64,000 nucleotides of DNA from Eledone cirrhosa (taxonomy: Eukaryota), in the NCBI GenBank assembly GCA_964016885.1, contig OZ024743.1, positions 117,614,001 through 117,678,000 on the forward strand, in the 5' to 3' direction. The notes beneath the pieces are model-generated. The model searched no databases, was not told the origin of the DNA, and saw only the letters and a list, made by a program, of their open reading frames with translations. Positions 23,751-36,800 of this stretch are shown piece by piece; position 1 is the first letter of the stretch, and each line of letters opens with the position of its first letter. Position numbers and translations under genes: made by a program.

Positions 23751-24145
23751 AAAATGGTATTGTTTCCATGATATGTTTTATAAAATTGACATTAATATCA
23801 ATATTACGAAATAATTATATGGTACATTCATGTCTCATGATCAATTGATATTCACCCTAAATATCTAATTGCAAAGCGAAATTTTCAGTGAGTTTTCAAA
23901 GCATTCTTATATATTTATGAAATTATTTTGCTATAGGTATGACATGAATTTACTAATATTAATTTTAGTATATAGAACATGCAACAGGAATAAGCAAGTT
24001 TAATTCAAATATTTATGTTTTACAAAAAAATTACTCGTTTCTAAATCATAAATGATTATATTTCTCGAAGTATTTGTTTAATATAAATATATTGTGGCGA
24101 TACTGATGTAATTATGACGTCAAATACAGAGTCACTAGCTGTACA

Positions 24146-24218
24146 GCCGAAATAGCTCAGTTGGGAGAGCGTTAGATTGAAGATCTAAAGGTCCCCTGTT
24201 CAAGCCCGGGTTTCGGCA
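24146..24218 (+). tRNA. tRNA-Phe(GAA) U20
   Basis: C32T, T59G. Confidence 0.86.
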
Positions 24219-24524
24219 TGCAGACGTATTATTTTCTCAAATATTTCTAATGATTTTGATAGAGAACTATATATGATTTAAATAACAATTAATCGAATGG
24301 TTCCTTTGTCAGTCATCAAAAAGTCACTTTTATTTTAGTAGACACCAAATAATACCAACTATCAGCAAAACGTCATATAGTTCAGGTGTGTTTTTGAACA
24401 TTTAGTTCCAATTCAATAAAAGAGGAATATTAGACGACAATATCAGCTATTCAGTTTATCAATTCAAATAATGTGTTCAACATTCTAAACGAAACCGTCT
24501 GTATATGAATGTATAGTAAGAGCT

Positions 24525-24598
24525 GTCTCTGTGGCGCAATCGGGTAGCGCGTTCGGCTGTTAACTGAAAGTTTGGTGGTTGAAGTCCACCCAGGGACG
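24525..24598 (+). tRNA. tRNA-Asn(GTT) U20, damaged
   Basis: T20G, G46T, C56G. Confidence 0.75.
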
Positions 24599-24936
24599 TA
24601 ATAGTCTACTTTTGCTTTAGAAACATTACTAAAAAATCTGTATATTTAGGTTTACAGCTTGCATTTAGAATTATTTGTAACACTAATACATGTTTCAATA
24701 TATTAGCCTGATAAAGATTAATTTTGCTTTACGTTACCTAAACCATTTCATCTCTACTGGATTGTATTTCACCAAAAATCTTCATATTTCTATCTTAAAC
24801 GAACACTGATCATCATCTGATGGAACATATAAAGTGTATGTTATAAAAAAAATTCAAATGTTTTAACAATCTAAAGTAGATTATATTTATGTTTGTTTAA
24901 ATTCTTTCGTAAATATACATTCAACACGCACCATTG

Positions 24937-25009
24937 ATCCGGCTAGCTCAGTCGGTAGAGCAGGAGACACTTAATCTCAGAGTCCAGGGTTCGTGTCCAA
25001 CGTTGGGTG
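24937..25009 (+). pseudogene. tRNA-Lys(CTT) pseudogene U20
   Basis: Array lesions. Confidence 0.85.
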
Positions 25010-25404
25010 AAAATGGTATTGTTTCCATGATATGTTTTATAAAATTGACATTAATATTAATATTACGAAATAATTATATGGTACATTCATGTATCATGAT
25101 CAATTGATATTCATCCTAAATATTTAATAGCAAAGCGAAATTTTCAGTGAGTTTTCAAAATATTCTTATATATTTATGAAATTATTTTGCTATAGGTATG
25201 ATATGAATTTACTAATATTAATTTTAGTATATAGAACTTGCAACAGGAATAAGCAAGTTCAATTCAAATATTTATGTTTTACATAAAAATTACTCGTTTC
25301 TAAATCATAAATGATTATATTTCTCGAAGTATTTGTTTAATATAAATATATTGTGGCGATACTGATGTAATTATGACGTCAAATAGAGTGTCACTAGCTG
25401 TACA

Positions 25405-25477
25405 GCCGAAATAGCTCAGTTGGGAGAGCGTTAGACTGAAGATCTAAAGGTCCCCTGTCCACTCCCGGGTTTCGGCA
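25405..25477 (+). tRNA. tRNA-Phe(GAA) U21, B box destroyed (likely pseudogene)
   Basis: T55C, A58C. Confidence 0.65.
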
Positions 25478-25783
25478 TGCAGACTTATTATTTTCTCAAA
25501 TATTTCTAATGATTTTGATAGAGAACTATATATGATTTAAATAACAATTAATCGAATGGTTCCTTTGTCAGTCATCAAAAAGTCACTTTTATTTTAGTAG
25601 ACACCAAATAATACCAACTATCAGCAAAACATCATATAGTTCAGGTGTGTTTTTGAACATTTAGTTCCGATTCAATAAAAGAGGAATATTAGACGACAAT
25701 ATCAGCTATTCAGTTTATCAATTCAAATAATGTGTTGAACATTCTAAACGAAACCGTCTATATATAAATGTATATTAAGAGCT

Positions 25784-25789
25784 GTCTCT

Positions 25790-25823
<34 letters not shown>

Positions 25824-25857
25824 TGAAAGGTTGGTGGTTCAAGTCCACCCAGGGACG
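25784..25857 (+). tRNA. tRNA-Asn(GTT) U21
   Basis: Array consensus. Confidence 0.92.
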
Positions 25858-26193
25858 TAATAGTCTACTTTTGCTTTAGAAACATTACTAAAAAATCTGT
25901 ATATTTAGGTTTACAGCTTGCATTCAGAATTATTTGTAACACTAATACATGTTTCAATATATTAGCCTGATAAAGATTAATTTTGCTTTACGTTACCTAA
26001 ACCATTTCATCTCTACTGGATTGTATTTCACCAAAAATCTTCATATTTCTATCTTAAACGAACACTGATCATCATCTGATGGAACATATAAAGTGTATGT
26101 TATAAAAAAAATTCAAATGTTTTAACAATCTAAAGTAGATTATATTTGTTTGTTTAAGTCCTTTCGTAAATATACATTCAGCACGCACCATTG

Positions 26194-26266
26194 ATCCGGC
26201 TAGCTCAGTCGGTAGAGCAGGAGACACTTAATCTCAGAGTCCAGGGTTCGTGTCCAACGTTGGGTG
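26194..26266 (+). pseudogene. tRNA-Lys(CTT) pseudogene U21
   Basis: Array lesions. Confidence 0.85.
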
Positions 26267-26661
26267 AAAATGGTATTGTTTCCATGATAAGTTTTATAAA
26301 ATTGACATTAATATTAATATTACGAAATAATTATATGGTACATTCATGTATCATGATCAATTGATATTCACCCTAAACATCTAATTGCAAAGCGAAATTT
26401 TCAGTGAGTTTTCAAAGCATTCTTATATATTTATGAAATTATTTTGCTAAAGGTATGATATGAATTTACTAATATTAATTTTAGTATATAGAACTTGCAA
26501 CAGGAATAAGCAAGTTCAATTCAAATATTTATGTTTTACATAGAAATTACTCGTTTCTAAATCATAAATGATTATATTTCTCGAAGTATTTGTTTAATAT
26601 AAATATATTGTGGCGATACTGATGTAATTATGACGTCAAATAGAGAGTCACTAGCTGTACA

Positions 26662-26734
26662 GCCGAAATTGCTCAGTTGGGAGAGCGTTAGACTGAAGAT
26701 CTAATGGTCCCCTGTTCAATCCCGGGTTTCGGCA
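26662..26734 (+). tRNA. tRNA-Phe(GAA) U22
   Basis: A9T, A44T. Confidence 0.8.
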
Positions 26735-27040
26735 TGCAGACTTATTATTTTCTCAAATATTTCTAATGATTTTGATAGAGAACTATATATGATTTAAATA
26801 ACAATTAATCGAATGGTTCCTTTGTCAGTCATCAAAAAGTCACTTTTATTTTAGTAGACACCAAATAATACCAACTATCAGCAACACGTCATATAGTTCA
26901 GGTGTGTTTTTGAACATTTAGTTCCGATTCAATAAAAGAGGAATATTAGACGACAATATCAGGTATTCAGTTTATCAATTCAAATAATGTGTTGAACATT
27001 CTAAACGAAACCGTCTATATATGAACGTATTGTAAGAGCT

Positions 27041-27114
27041 GTCTCTGTGGCGCTATCGGTTAGCGTGTTCGGCTGTTAACTGAAAGGTTGGTGGTTCAAG
27101 TCCACCCAGGGACG
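27041..27114 (+). tRNA. tRNA-Asn(GTT) U22, damaged
   Basis: A14T, C25T. Confidence 0.78.
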
Positions 27115-27452
27115 TAGTAGTCTAGTTTTGCTTTAGAAACATTACTAAAAAATCTGTATATTTAGGTTTACAGCTTGCATTTAGAATTATTTGTAACACT
27201 AATACATGTTTCAATATATTAGCCTGATAAAGATTAATTTTGCTTTACGTTACCTAAACCATTTCATCTCTACTGGATTGTATTTCACCAAAAATCTTCA
27301 TATTTCTATCTTAAACGAACACTGATCATCATCTGATGGTACATATAAAGTATATGTTATAAAAAAAATTCAAATGTTTTAACAATCTAAGGTAGATTAT
27401 ATTTATGTTTGTTTAAGTTCTTTCGTAAATATACATTCAGCACGCACCATTG

Positions 27453-27525
27453 ATCCGGCTAGCTCAGTCGGCAGAGCAGGAGACACTTAATCTCAGAGTC
27501 CAGGGTTTGTGTCCAACGTTGGGTG
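27453..27525 (+). pseudogene. tRNA-Lys(CTT) pseudogene U22
   Basis: Array lesions plus T20C, C56T. Confidence 0.85.
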
Positions 27526-27920
27526 AAAATGGTATTGTTTCCATGATATGTTTTATAAAATTGACATTAATATTAATATTACGAAATAATTATATGGTAC
27601 ATTCATGTATCATGATCAATTGATATTCACCCTAAATATCTAATAGCAAAGCGAAATTTTCAGTGAGTTTTCAAAGCATTCTTATATATTTATGAAATTA
27701 TTTTGCTATAGGTATGATATGAATTTACTAATATTAATTTTAGTATATAGAACATGCAACAGGAATAAGCAAGTTCAATTCAAATATTTATGTTTTACAT
27801 ATAAATTACTCGTTTCTAAATCATAAATGTTTATATTTCTCGAAGTATTTGTTTAATATAAATATATTGTGGCGATACTGATGTAATTATGGCGTCAAAT
27901 AGAGAGTCACTAGCTGTACG

Positions 27921-27993
27921 GCCGAAATAGCTCGTTTGGGAGAGCGTTAGACTGAAGATCTAAAGGTCCCCTGTTCAATCCCGGGTTTCGGCA
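27921..27993 (+). tRNA. tRNA-Phe(GAA) U23, damaged
   Basis: A14G, G15T (A box). Confidence 0.75.
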
Positions 27994-28299
27994 TGCAGAC
28001 TTATTATTTTCTCAAATATTTCTAATGATTTTGATAGAGAACTATATATGATTTAAATAACAATTAATCGAATGGTTCCTTTGTCAGTCATCAAAAAGTC
28101 ACTTTTATTTTAGTAGACACCAAATAATACCAACTATCAGCAAAACGTCATATAGTTCAGGTGTGTTTTTGAACATTTAGTTCCAATTCAATAAAAGAGG
28201 AATATTAGACGACAATATCAGCTATTCAGTTTATCAATTCAAATAATGTGTTCAACATTCTAAACGAAACCGTCTGTATATGAATGTATAGTAAGAGCT

Positions 28300-28373
28300 G
28301 TCTCTGTGGCGCAATCGGGTAGCGCGTTCGGCTGTTAACTGAAAGTTTGGTGGTTGAAGTCCACCCAGGGACG
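28300..28373 (+). tRNA. tRNA-Asn(GTT) U23, damaged
   Basis: T20G, G46T, C56G. Confidence 0.75.
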
Positions 28374-28709
28374 TAATAGTCTACTTTTGCTTTAGAAACA
28401 TTACTAAAAAATCTGTATATTTAGGTTTACAGCTTGCATTTAGAATTATTTGTAACACTAATACATGTTTCAATATATTAGCCTGATAAAGATTAATTTT
28501 GCTTTACGTTACCTAAACCATTTCATCTCTACTGGATTGTATTTCACCAAAAATCTTCATATTTCTATCTTAAACGAACACTGATCATCATCTGATGGAA
28601 CATATAAAGTGTATGTTATAAAAAAAATTCAAATGTTTTAACAATCTAAAGTAGATTATATTTGTTTGTTTAAGTCCTTTCGTAAATATACATTCAGCAC
28701 GCACCATTG

Positions 28710-28782
28710 ATCCGGCTAGCTCAGTCGGTAGAGCAGGAGACACTTAATCTCAGAGTCCAGGGTTCGTGTCCAACGTTGGGTG
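28710..28782 (+). pseudogene. tRNA-Lys(CTT) pseudogene U23
   Basis: Array lesions. Confidence 0.85.
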
Positions 28783-29177
28783 AAAATGGTATTGTTTCCA
28801 TGATAAGTTTTATAAAATTGACATTAATATTAATATTACGAAATAATTATATGGTACATTCATGTATCATGATCAATTGATATTCACCCTAAACATCTAA
28901 TTGCAAAGCGAAATTTTCAGTGAGTTTTCAAAGCATTCTTATATATTTATGAAATTATTTTGCTAAAGGTATGATATGAATTTACTAATATTAATTTTAG
29001 TATATAGAACTTGCAACAGGAATAAGCAAGTTCAATTCAAATATTTATGTTTTACATAGAAATTACTCGTTTCTAAATCATAAATGATTATATTTCTCGA
29101 AGTATTTGTTTAATATAAATATATTGTGGCGATACTGATGTAATTATGACGTCAAATAGAGAGTCACTAGCTGTACA

Positions 29178-29250
29178 GCCGAAATTGCTCAGTTGGGAGA
29201 GCGTTAGACTGAAGATCTAATGGTCCCCTGTTCAATCCCGGGTTTCGGCA
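29178..29250 (+). tRNA. tRNA-Phe(GAA) U24
   Basis: A9T, A44T. Confidence 0.8.
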
Positions 29251-29556
29251 TGCAGACTTATTATTTTCTCAAATATTTCTAATGATTTTGATAGAGAACT
29301 ATATATGATTTAAATAACAATTAATCGAATGGTTCCTTTGTCAGTCATCAAAAAGTCACTTTTATTTTAGTAGACACCAAATAATACCAACTATCAGCAA
29401 CACGTCATATAGTTCAGGTGTGTTTTTGAACATTTAGTTCCGATTCAATAAAAGAGGAATATTAGACGACAATATCAGGTATTCAGTTTATCAATTCAAA
29501 TAATGTGTTGAACATTCTAAACGAAACCGTCTATATATGAACGTATTGTAAGAGCT

Positions 29557-29630
29557 GTCTCTGTGGCGCTATCGGTTAGCGTGTTCGGCTGTTAACTGAA
29601 AGGTTGGTGGTTCAAGTCCACCCAGGGACG
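29557..29630 (+). tRNA. tRNA-Asn(GTT) U24, damaged
   Basis: A14T, C25T. Confidence 0.78.
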
Positions 29631-29968
29631 TAGTAGTCTAGTTTTGCTTTAGAAACATTACTAAAAAATCTGTATATTTAGGTTTACAGCTTGCATTTAG
29701 AATTATTTGTAACACTAATACATGTTTCAATATATTAGCCTGATAAAGATTAATTTTGCTTTACGTTACCTAAACCATTTCATCTCTACTGGATTGTATT
29801 TCACCAAAAATCTTCATATTTCTATCTTAAACGAACACTGATCATCATCTGATGGTACATATAAAGTATATGTTATAAAAAAAATTCAAATGTTTTAACA
29901 ATCTAAGGTAGATTATATTTATGTTTGTTTAAGTTCTTTCGTAAATATACATTCAGCACGCACCATTG

Positions 29969-30041
29969 ATCCGGCTAGCTCAGTCGGCAGAGCAGGAGAC
30001 ACTTAATCTCAGAGTCCAGGGTTTGTGTCCAACGTTGGGTG
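29969..30041 (+). pseudogene. tRNA-Lys(CTT) pseudogene U24
   Basis: Array lesions plus T20C, C56T. Confidence 0.85.
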
Positions 30042-30436
30042 AAAATGGTATTGTTTCCATGATATGTTTTATAAAATTGACATTAATATTAATATTAGGA
30101 AATAATTATATGGTACATTCATGTATCATGATCAATTGATATTCACCCTAAATATCTAATAGCAAAGCGAAATTTTCAGTGAGTTTTCAAAGCATTCTTA
30201 TATATTTATGAAATTATTTTGCTATAGGTATGATATGAATTTACTAATATTAATTTTAGTATATAGAACATGCAACAGGAATAAGCAAGTTCAATTCAAA
30301 TATTTATGTTTTACATATAAATTACTCGTTTCTAAATCATAAATGTTTATATTTCTCGAAGTATTTGTTTAATATAAATATATTGTGGCGATACTGATGT
30401 AATTATGGCGTCAAATAGAGAGTCACTAGCTGTACG

Positions 30437-30509
30437 GCCGAAATAGCTCGTTTGGGAGAGCGTTAGACTGAAGATCTAAATGTCCCCTGTTCAATCCCGG
30501 GTTTCGGCA
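30437..30509 (+). tRNA. tRNA-Phe(GAA) U25, damaged
   Basis: A14G, G15T, G45T. Confidence 0.75.
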
Positions 30510-30815
30510 TGCAGACTTATTATTTTCTCAAATATTTCTAATGATTTTGATAGAGAACTATATATGATTTAAATAACAATTAATCGAATGGTTCCTTTGT
30601 CAGTCATCAAAAAGTCACTTTTATTTTAGTAGACACCAAATAATACCAACTATCAGCAAAACGTCATATAGTTCAGGTGTGTTTTTGAACATTTAGTTCC
30701 AATTCAATAAAAGAGGAATATTAGACGACAATATCAGCTATTCAGTTTATCAATTCAAATAATGTGTTCAACATTCTAAACGAAACCGTCTGTATATGAA
30801 TGTATAGTAAGAGCT

Positions 30816-30889
30816 GTCTCTGTGGCGCAATCGGGTAGCGCGTTCGGCTGTTAACTGAAAGTTTGGTGGTTGAAGTCCACCCAGGGACG
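30816..30889 (+). tRNA. tRNA-Asn(GTT) U25, damaged
   Basis: T20G, G46T, C56G. Confidence 0.75.
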
Positions 30890-31224
30890 TAATAGTCTAC
30901 TTTTGCTTTAGAAACATTACTAAAAAATCTGTATATTTAGGGTTACAGCTTGCATTTAGAATTATTTTAACACTAATACATGTTTCAATATATTAGCCTG
31001 ATAAAGATTAATTTTGCTTTACGTTACCTAAACCATTTCATCTCTACTGGATTGTATTTCACCAAAAATCTTCATATTTCTATCTTAAACGAACACTGAT
31101 CATCATCTGATGGAACATATAAAGTGTATGTTATAAAACAAATTCAAATGTTTTAACAATCTAAAGTAGATTATATTTGTTTGTTTAAGTCCTTTCGTAA
31201 ATATACATTCAGCACGCACCATTG

Positions 31225-31297
31225 ATCCGGCTAGCTCAGTCGGTAGAGCAGGAGACACTTAATCTCAGAGTCCAGGGTTCGTGTCCAACGTTGGGTG
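31225..31297 (+). pseudogene. tRNA-Lys(CTT) pseudogene U25
   Basis: Array lesions. Confidence 0.85.
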
Positions 31298-31692
31298 AAA
31301 ATGGTATTGTTTCCATGATATGTTTTATAAAATTGACATTAATATTAATATTACGAAATAATTATATGGTACATTCATGTCTCATGATCAATTGATATTC
31401 ACCCTAAATATCTAATTGCAAAGCGAAATTTTCAGTGAGTTTTCAAAGCATTCTTATATATTTATGAAATTATTTTGCTATAGGTATGACATGAATTTAC
31501 TAATATTAATTTTAGTATATAGAACATGCAACAGGAATAAGCAAGTTTAATTCAAATATTTATGTTTTACAAAAAAATTACTCGTTTCTAAATCATAAAT
31601 GATTATATTTCTCGAAGTATTTGTTTAATATAAATATATTGTGGCGATACTGATGTAATTATGACGTCAAATACAGAGTCACTAGCTGTACA

Positions 31693-31765
31693 GCCGAAAT
31701 AGCTCAGTTGGGAGAGCGTTAGATTGAAGATCTAAAGGTCCCCTGTTCAAGCCCGGGTTTCGGCA
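31693..31765 (+). tRNA. tRNA-Phe(GAA) U26
   Basis: C32T, T59G. Confidence 0.86.
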
Positions 31766-32071
31766 TGCAGACGTATTATTTTCTCAAATATTTCTAATGA
31801 TTTTGATAGAGAACTATATATGATTTAAATAACAATTAATCGAATGGTTCCTTTGTCAGTCATCAAAAAGTCACTTTTATTTTAGTAGACACCAAATAAT
31901 ACCAACTATCAGCAAAACGTCATATAGTTCAGGTGTGTTTTTGAACATTTAGTTCCAATTCAATAAAAGAGGAATATTAGACGACAATATCAGCTATTCA
32001 GTTTATCAATTCAAATAATGTGTTCAACATTCTAAACGAAACCGTCTGTATATGAATGTATAGTAAGAGCT

Positions 32072-32145
32072 GTCTCTGTGGCGCAATCGGGTAGCGCGTT
32101 CGGCTGTTAACTGAAAGTTTGGTGGTTGAAGTCCACCCAGGGACG
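32072..32145 (+). tRNA. tRNA-Asn(GTT) U26, damaged
   Basis: T20G, G46T, C56G. Confidence 0.75.
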
Positions 32146-32483
32146 TAATAGTCTGCTTTTGCTTTAGAAACATTACTAAAAAATCTGTATATTTAGGTTT
32201 ACAGCTTGCATTTAGAATTATTTGTAACACTAATACATGTTTCAATATATTAGCCTGATAAAGATTAATTTTGCTTTACGTTACCTAAACCATTTCATCT
32301 CTACTGGATTGTATTTCACCAAAAATCTTCATATTTCTATCTTAAACGAACACTGATCATCATCTGATGGAACATATAAAGTGTATGTTATAAAAAAAAT
32401 TCAAATGTTTTAACAATCTAAAGTAGATTATATTTATGTTTGTTTAAATTCTTTCGTAAATATACATTCAACACGCACCATTG

Positions 32484-32556
32484 ATCCGGCTAGCTCAGTC
32501 GGTAGAGCAGGAGACACTTAATCTCAGAGTCCAGGGTTCGTGTCCAACGTTGGGTG
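32484..32556 (+). pseudogene. tRNA-Lys(CTT) pseudogene U26
   Basis: Array lesions. Confidence 0.85.
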
Positions 32557-32951
32557 AAAATGGTATTGTTTCCATGATATGTTTTATAAAATTGACATTA
32601 ATATTAATATTACGAAATAATTATATGGTACATTCATGTATCATGATCAATTGATATTCATCCTAAATATTTAATAGCAAAGCGAAATTTTCAGTGAGTT
32701 TTCAAAATATTCTTATATATTTATGAAATTATTTTGCTATAGGTATGATATGAATTTACTAATATTAATTTTAGTATATAGAACTTGCAACAGGAATAAG
32801 CAAGTTCAATTCAAATATTTATGTTTTACATAAAAATTACTCGTTTCTAAATCATAAATGATTATATTTCTCGAAGTATTTGTTTAATATAAATATATTG
32901 TGGCGATACTGATGTAATTATGACGTCAAATAGAGTGTCACTAGCTGTACA

Positions 32952-33024
32952 GCCGAAATAGCTCAGTTGGGAGAGCGTTAGACTGAAGATCTAAAGGTCC
33001 CCTGTCCACTCCCGGGTTTCGGCA
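32952..33024 (+). tRNA. tRNA-Phe(GAA) U27, B box destroyed (likely pseudogene)
   Basis: T55C, A58C. Confidence 0.65.
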
Positions 33025-33330
33025 TGCAGACTTATTATTTTCTCAAATATTTCTAATGATTTTGATAGAGAACTATATATGATTTAAATAACAATTAATC
33101 GAATGGTTCCTTTGTCAGTCATCAAAAAGTCACTTTTATTTTAGTAGACACCAAATAATACCAACTATCAGCAAAACATCATATAGTTCAGGTGTGTTTT
33201 TGAACATTTAGTTCCGATTCAATAAAAGAGGAATATTAGACGACAATATCAGCTATTCAGTTTATCAATTCAAATAATGTGTTGAACATTCTAAACGAAA
33301 CCGTCTATATATAAATGTATAGTAAGAGCT

Positions 33331-33336
33331 GTCTCT

Positions 33337-33370
<34 letters not shown>

Positions 33371-33404
33371 TGAAAGGTTGGTGGTTCAAGTCCACCCAGG
33401 GACG
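33331..33404 (+). tRNA. tRNA-Asn(GTT) U27
   Basis: Array consensus. Confidence 0.92.
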
Positions 33405-33742
33405 TAGTAGTCTAGTTTTGCTTTAGAAACATTACTAAAAAATCTGTATATTTAGGTTTACAGCTTGCATTTAGAATTATTTGTAACACTAATACATGTT
33501 TCAATATATTAGCCTGATAAACATTAATTTTGCTTTACGTTACCTAAACCATTTCATCTCTACTGGATTGTATTTCACCAAAAATCTTCATATTTCTATC
33601 TTAAACGAACACTGATCATCATCTGATGGTACATATAAAGTATATGTTATAAAAAAAATTCAAATGTTTTAACAATCTAAGGTAGATTATATTTATGTTT
33701 GTTTAAGTTCTTTCGTAAATATACATTCAGCACGCACCATTG

Positions 33743-33815
33743 ATCCGGCTAGCTCAGTCGGCAGAGCAGGAGACACTTAATCTCAGAGTCCAGGGTTTGT
33801 GTCCAACGTTGGGTG
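33743..33815 (+). pseudogene. tRNA-Lys(CTT) pseudogene U27
   Basis: Array lesions plus T20C, C56T. Confidence 0.85.
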
Positions 33816-34210
33816 AAAATGGTGTTGTTTCCATGATATGTTTTATAAAATTGACATTAATATTAATATTACGAAATAATTATATGGTACATTCATGTAT
33901 CATGATCAATTGATATTCACCCTAAATATCTAATAGCAAAGCGAAATTTTCAGTGAGTTTTCAAAGCATTCTTATATATTTATGAAATTATTTTGCTATA
34001 GGTATGATATGAATTTACTAATATTAATTTTAGTATATAGAACATGCAACAGGAATAAGCAAGTTCAATTCAAATATTTATGTTTTACATATAAATTACT
34101 CGTTTCTAAATCATAAATGTTTATATTTCTCGAAGTATTTGTTTAATATAAATATATTGTGGCGATACTGATGTAATTATGGCGTCAAATAGAGAGTCAC
34201 TAGCTGTACG

Positions 34211-34283
34211 GCCGAAATAGCTCGTTTGGGAGAGCGTTAGACTGAAGATCTAAAGGTCCCCTGTTCAATCCCGGGTTTCGGCA
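34211..34283 (+). tRNA. tRNA-Phe(GAA) U28, damaged
   Basis: A14G, G15T. Confidence 0.75.
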
Positions 34284-34588
34284 TGCAGACTTATTATTTT
34301 CTCAAATATTTCTAATGATTTTGATAGAGAACTATATATGATTTAAATAACAAATAATCGAATGGTTCCTTTGTCAGTCATCAAAAAGTCACTTTTATTT
34401 TAGTAGACACCAAATAATACCAACTATCAGCAAAACGTCATATAGTTCGGGTGTGTTTTTGAACATTTAGTTCCGATTAATAAAAGAGGAATATTAGACG
34501 ACAATATCAGCTATTCAGTTTATCAATTCAAATAATGTGTTGAACATTCTAAACGAAACCGTCTATATATGAATGTATAGTAAGAGCT

Positions 34589-34594
34589 GTCTCT

Positions 34595-34628
<34 letters not shown>

Positions 34629-34662
34629 TGAAAGGTTGGTGGTTCAAGTCCACCCAGGGACG
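34589..34662 (+). tRNA. tRNA-Asn(GTT) U28
   Basis: Array consensus. Confidence 0.92.
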
Positions 34663-35000
34663 TAATAGTCTACTTTTGCTTTAGAAACATTACTAAACAA
34701 TCTGTATATTTAGGTTTACAGCTTGCATTTAGAATTATTTGTAACACTAATACATGTTTCAATATATTAGCCTGATAAAGATTAATTTTGCTTTACGTTA
34801 CCTAAACCTTTTCATCTCTACTGGATTGTATTTCACCAAAAATCTTCATATTTCTATCTTAAACGAACACAGATCATCATCTGATTGAACATATAAAGTG
34901 TATGTTATGAAAAAAATTCAAATGTTTTAACAATCTAAAGTAGATTATATTTATGTTTGTTTAAGTTCTTTCGTAAATATACATTCAGCACGCACCATTG

Positions 35001-35073
35001 ATCTGGCTAGCTCAGTCGGTAGAGCAGAAGACACTTAATCTCAGAGTCCAGAGTTCGTGTCCAACGTTGGTTG
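35001..35073 (+). pseudogene. tRNA-Lys(CTT) pseudogene U28
   Basis: Array lesions plus C4T, G28A, G52A, G71T. Confidence 0.85.
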
Positions 35074-35468
35074 AAAATGGTATTGTTTCCATGATATGTT
35101 TTATAAAATTGACATTAATATTAATATTACGAAATAATTATATGGTACATTCATGTATCATGATCAATTGATATTCACCCTAAATGTCTAATAGCAAAGC
35201 GAAATTTTCAGTGAGTTTTCAAAACATTCTTATATATTTATGAAATTATTTTGCTATAGGTATGATATGAATTTAGTAATATTAATTTTAGTATATAGAA
35301 CATGCAACAGGAATAAGCAAGTTCAATTCAAATATTTATGTTTTACATATAAATTACTCGTTTCTAAATCATAAATGATTATATTTCTCGAAGTATTTGT
35401 TTAATATAAATATATTGTGGCGATACTGATGTAATTATGACGTCAAATAGAGAGTCACTAGCTGTACA

Positions 35469-35541
35469 GCCGAAATAGCTCAGTTGGGAGAGCGTTAGAC
35501 TGAAGATCTAAAGGTCCCCTGTTCAATCCCGGGTTTCGGCA
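35469..35541 (+). tRNA. tRNA-Phe(GAA) U29
   Basis: Array consensus. Confidence 0.92.
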
Positions 35542-35847
35542 TGCAGACTTATTATTTTCTCAAATATTTCTAATGATTTTGATAGAGAACTATATATGAT
35601 TTAAATAACAATTAATCGAATGGTTCCTTTGTCAGTCATCAAAAAGTCACTTTTATTTTAGTAGACACCAAATAATACCAACTATCAACAAAACGTCATA
35701 TAGTTCAGGTGTGTTTTTGAACATTTATTTCCGATTCAATAAAAGAGGAATATTAGACGACAATATCAGCTATTCAGTTTATCAATTCAAATAATGTGTT
35801 GAACATTCTAAACGAAACCGTCTATATTGGAATGTATAGTAAGAGCT

Positions 35848-35921
35848 GTCTCTGTGGCGCAATCGGTTAGCGTGTTCGGCTGTTAACTGAAAGGTTGGTG
35901 GTTCAAGTCCACCCAGGGACG
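35848..35921 (+). tRNA. tRNA-Asn(GTT) U29
   Basis: C25T. Confidence 0.88.
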
Positions 35922-36259
35922 TAATAGTCTACTTTTGCTTTAGAAACATTACTAAAAAATCTGTATATTTAGGTTTACAGCTTGCATTTAGAATTATTTG
36001 TAACACTAATACATGTTTCAATATATTAGCCTGATAAAGATTAATTTTGCTTTACGTTACCTAAACCATTTCATCTCTACTGGATTGTATTTCACCAAAA
36101 ATCTTCATATTTCTATCTTAAACGAACACTGATCATCATCTGATGGAACATATAAAGTGTATGTTATAAAAAAAATTCAAATGTTTTAACAATCTAAAGT
36201 AGATTATATTTATGTTTGTTTAAGTTCTTTCGTAAATATACATTCAGCACGCACCATTG

Positions 36260-36332
36260 ATCTGGCTAGCTCAGTCGGTAGAGCAGAAGACACTTAATCT
36301 CAGAGTCCAGAGTTCGTGTCCAACGTTGGTTG
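36260..36332 (+). pseudogene. tRNA-Lys(CTT) pseudogene U29
   Basis: Array lesions plus C4T, G28A, G52A, G71T. Confidence 0.85.
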
Positions 36333-36727
36333 AAAATGGTATTGTTTCCATGATATGTTTTATAAAATTGACATTAATATTAATATTACGAAATAATTAT
36401 ATGGTACATTCATGTATCATGATCAATTGATATTCACCCTAAATGTCTAATAGCAAAGCGAAATTTTCAGTGAGTTTTCAAAACATTCTTATATATTTAT
36501 GAAATTATTTTGCTATAGGTATGATATGAATTTAGTAATATTAATTTTAGTATATAGAACATGCAACAGGAATAAGCAAGTTCAATTCAAATATTTATGT
36601 TTTACATATAAATTACTCGTTTCTAAATCATAAATGATTATATTTCTCGAAGTATTTGTTTAATATAAATATATTGTGGCGATACTGATGTAATTATGAC
36701 GTCAAATAGAGAGTCACTAGCTGTACA

Positions 36728-36800
36728 GCCGAAATAGCTCAGTTGGGAGAGCGTTAGACTGAAGATCTAAAGGTCCCCTGTTCAATCCCGGGTTTCGGCA
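36728..36800 (+). tRNA. tRNA-Phe(GAA) U30
   Basis: Array consensus. Confidence 0.92.

Larger units (their letters stand above)
26100..30940 (+). repeat. Two-unit (~2,516 bp) duplication U22-U23 / U24-U25 (approximate bounds)
   Basis: Phe A9T/A44T copies at 26662 and 29178 alternate with Phe A14G/G15T copies at 27921 and 30437. Confidence 0.85.
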
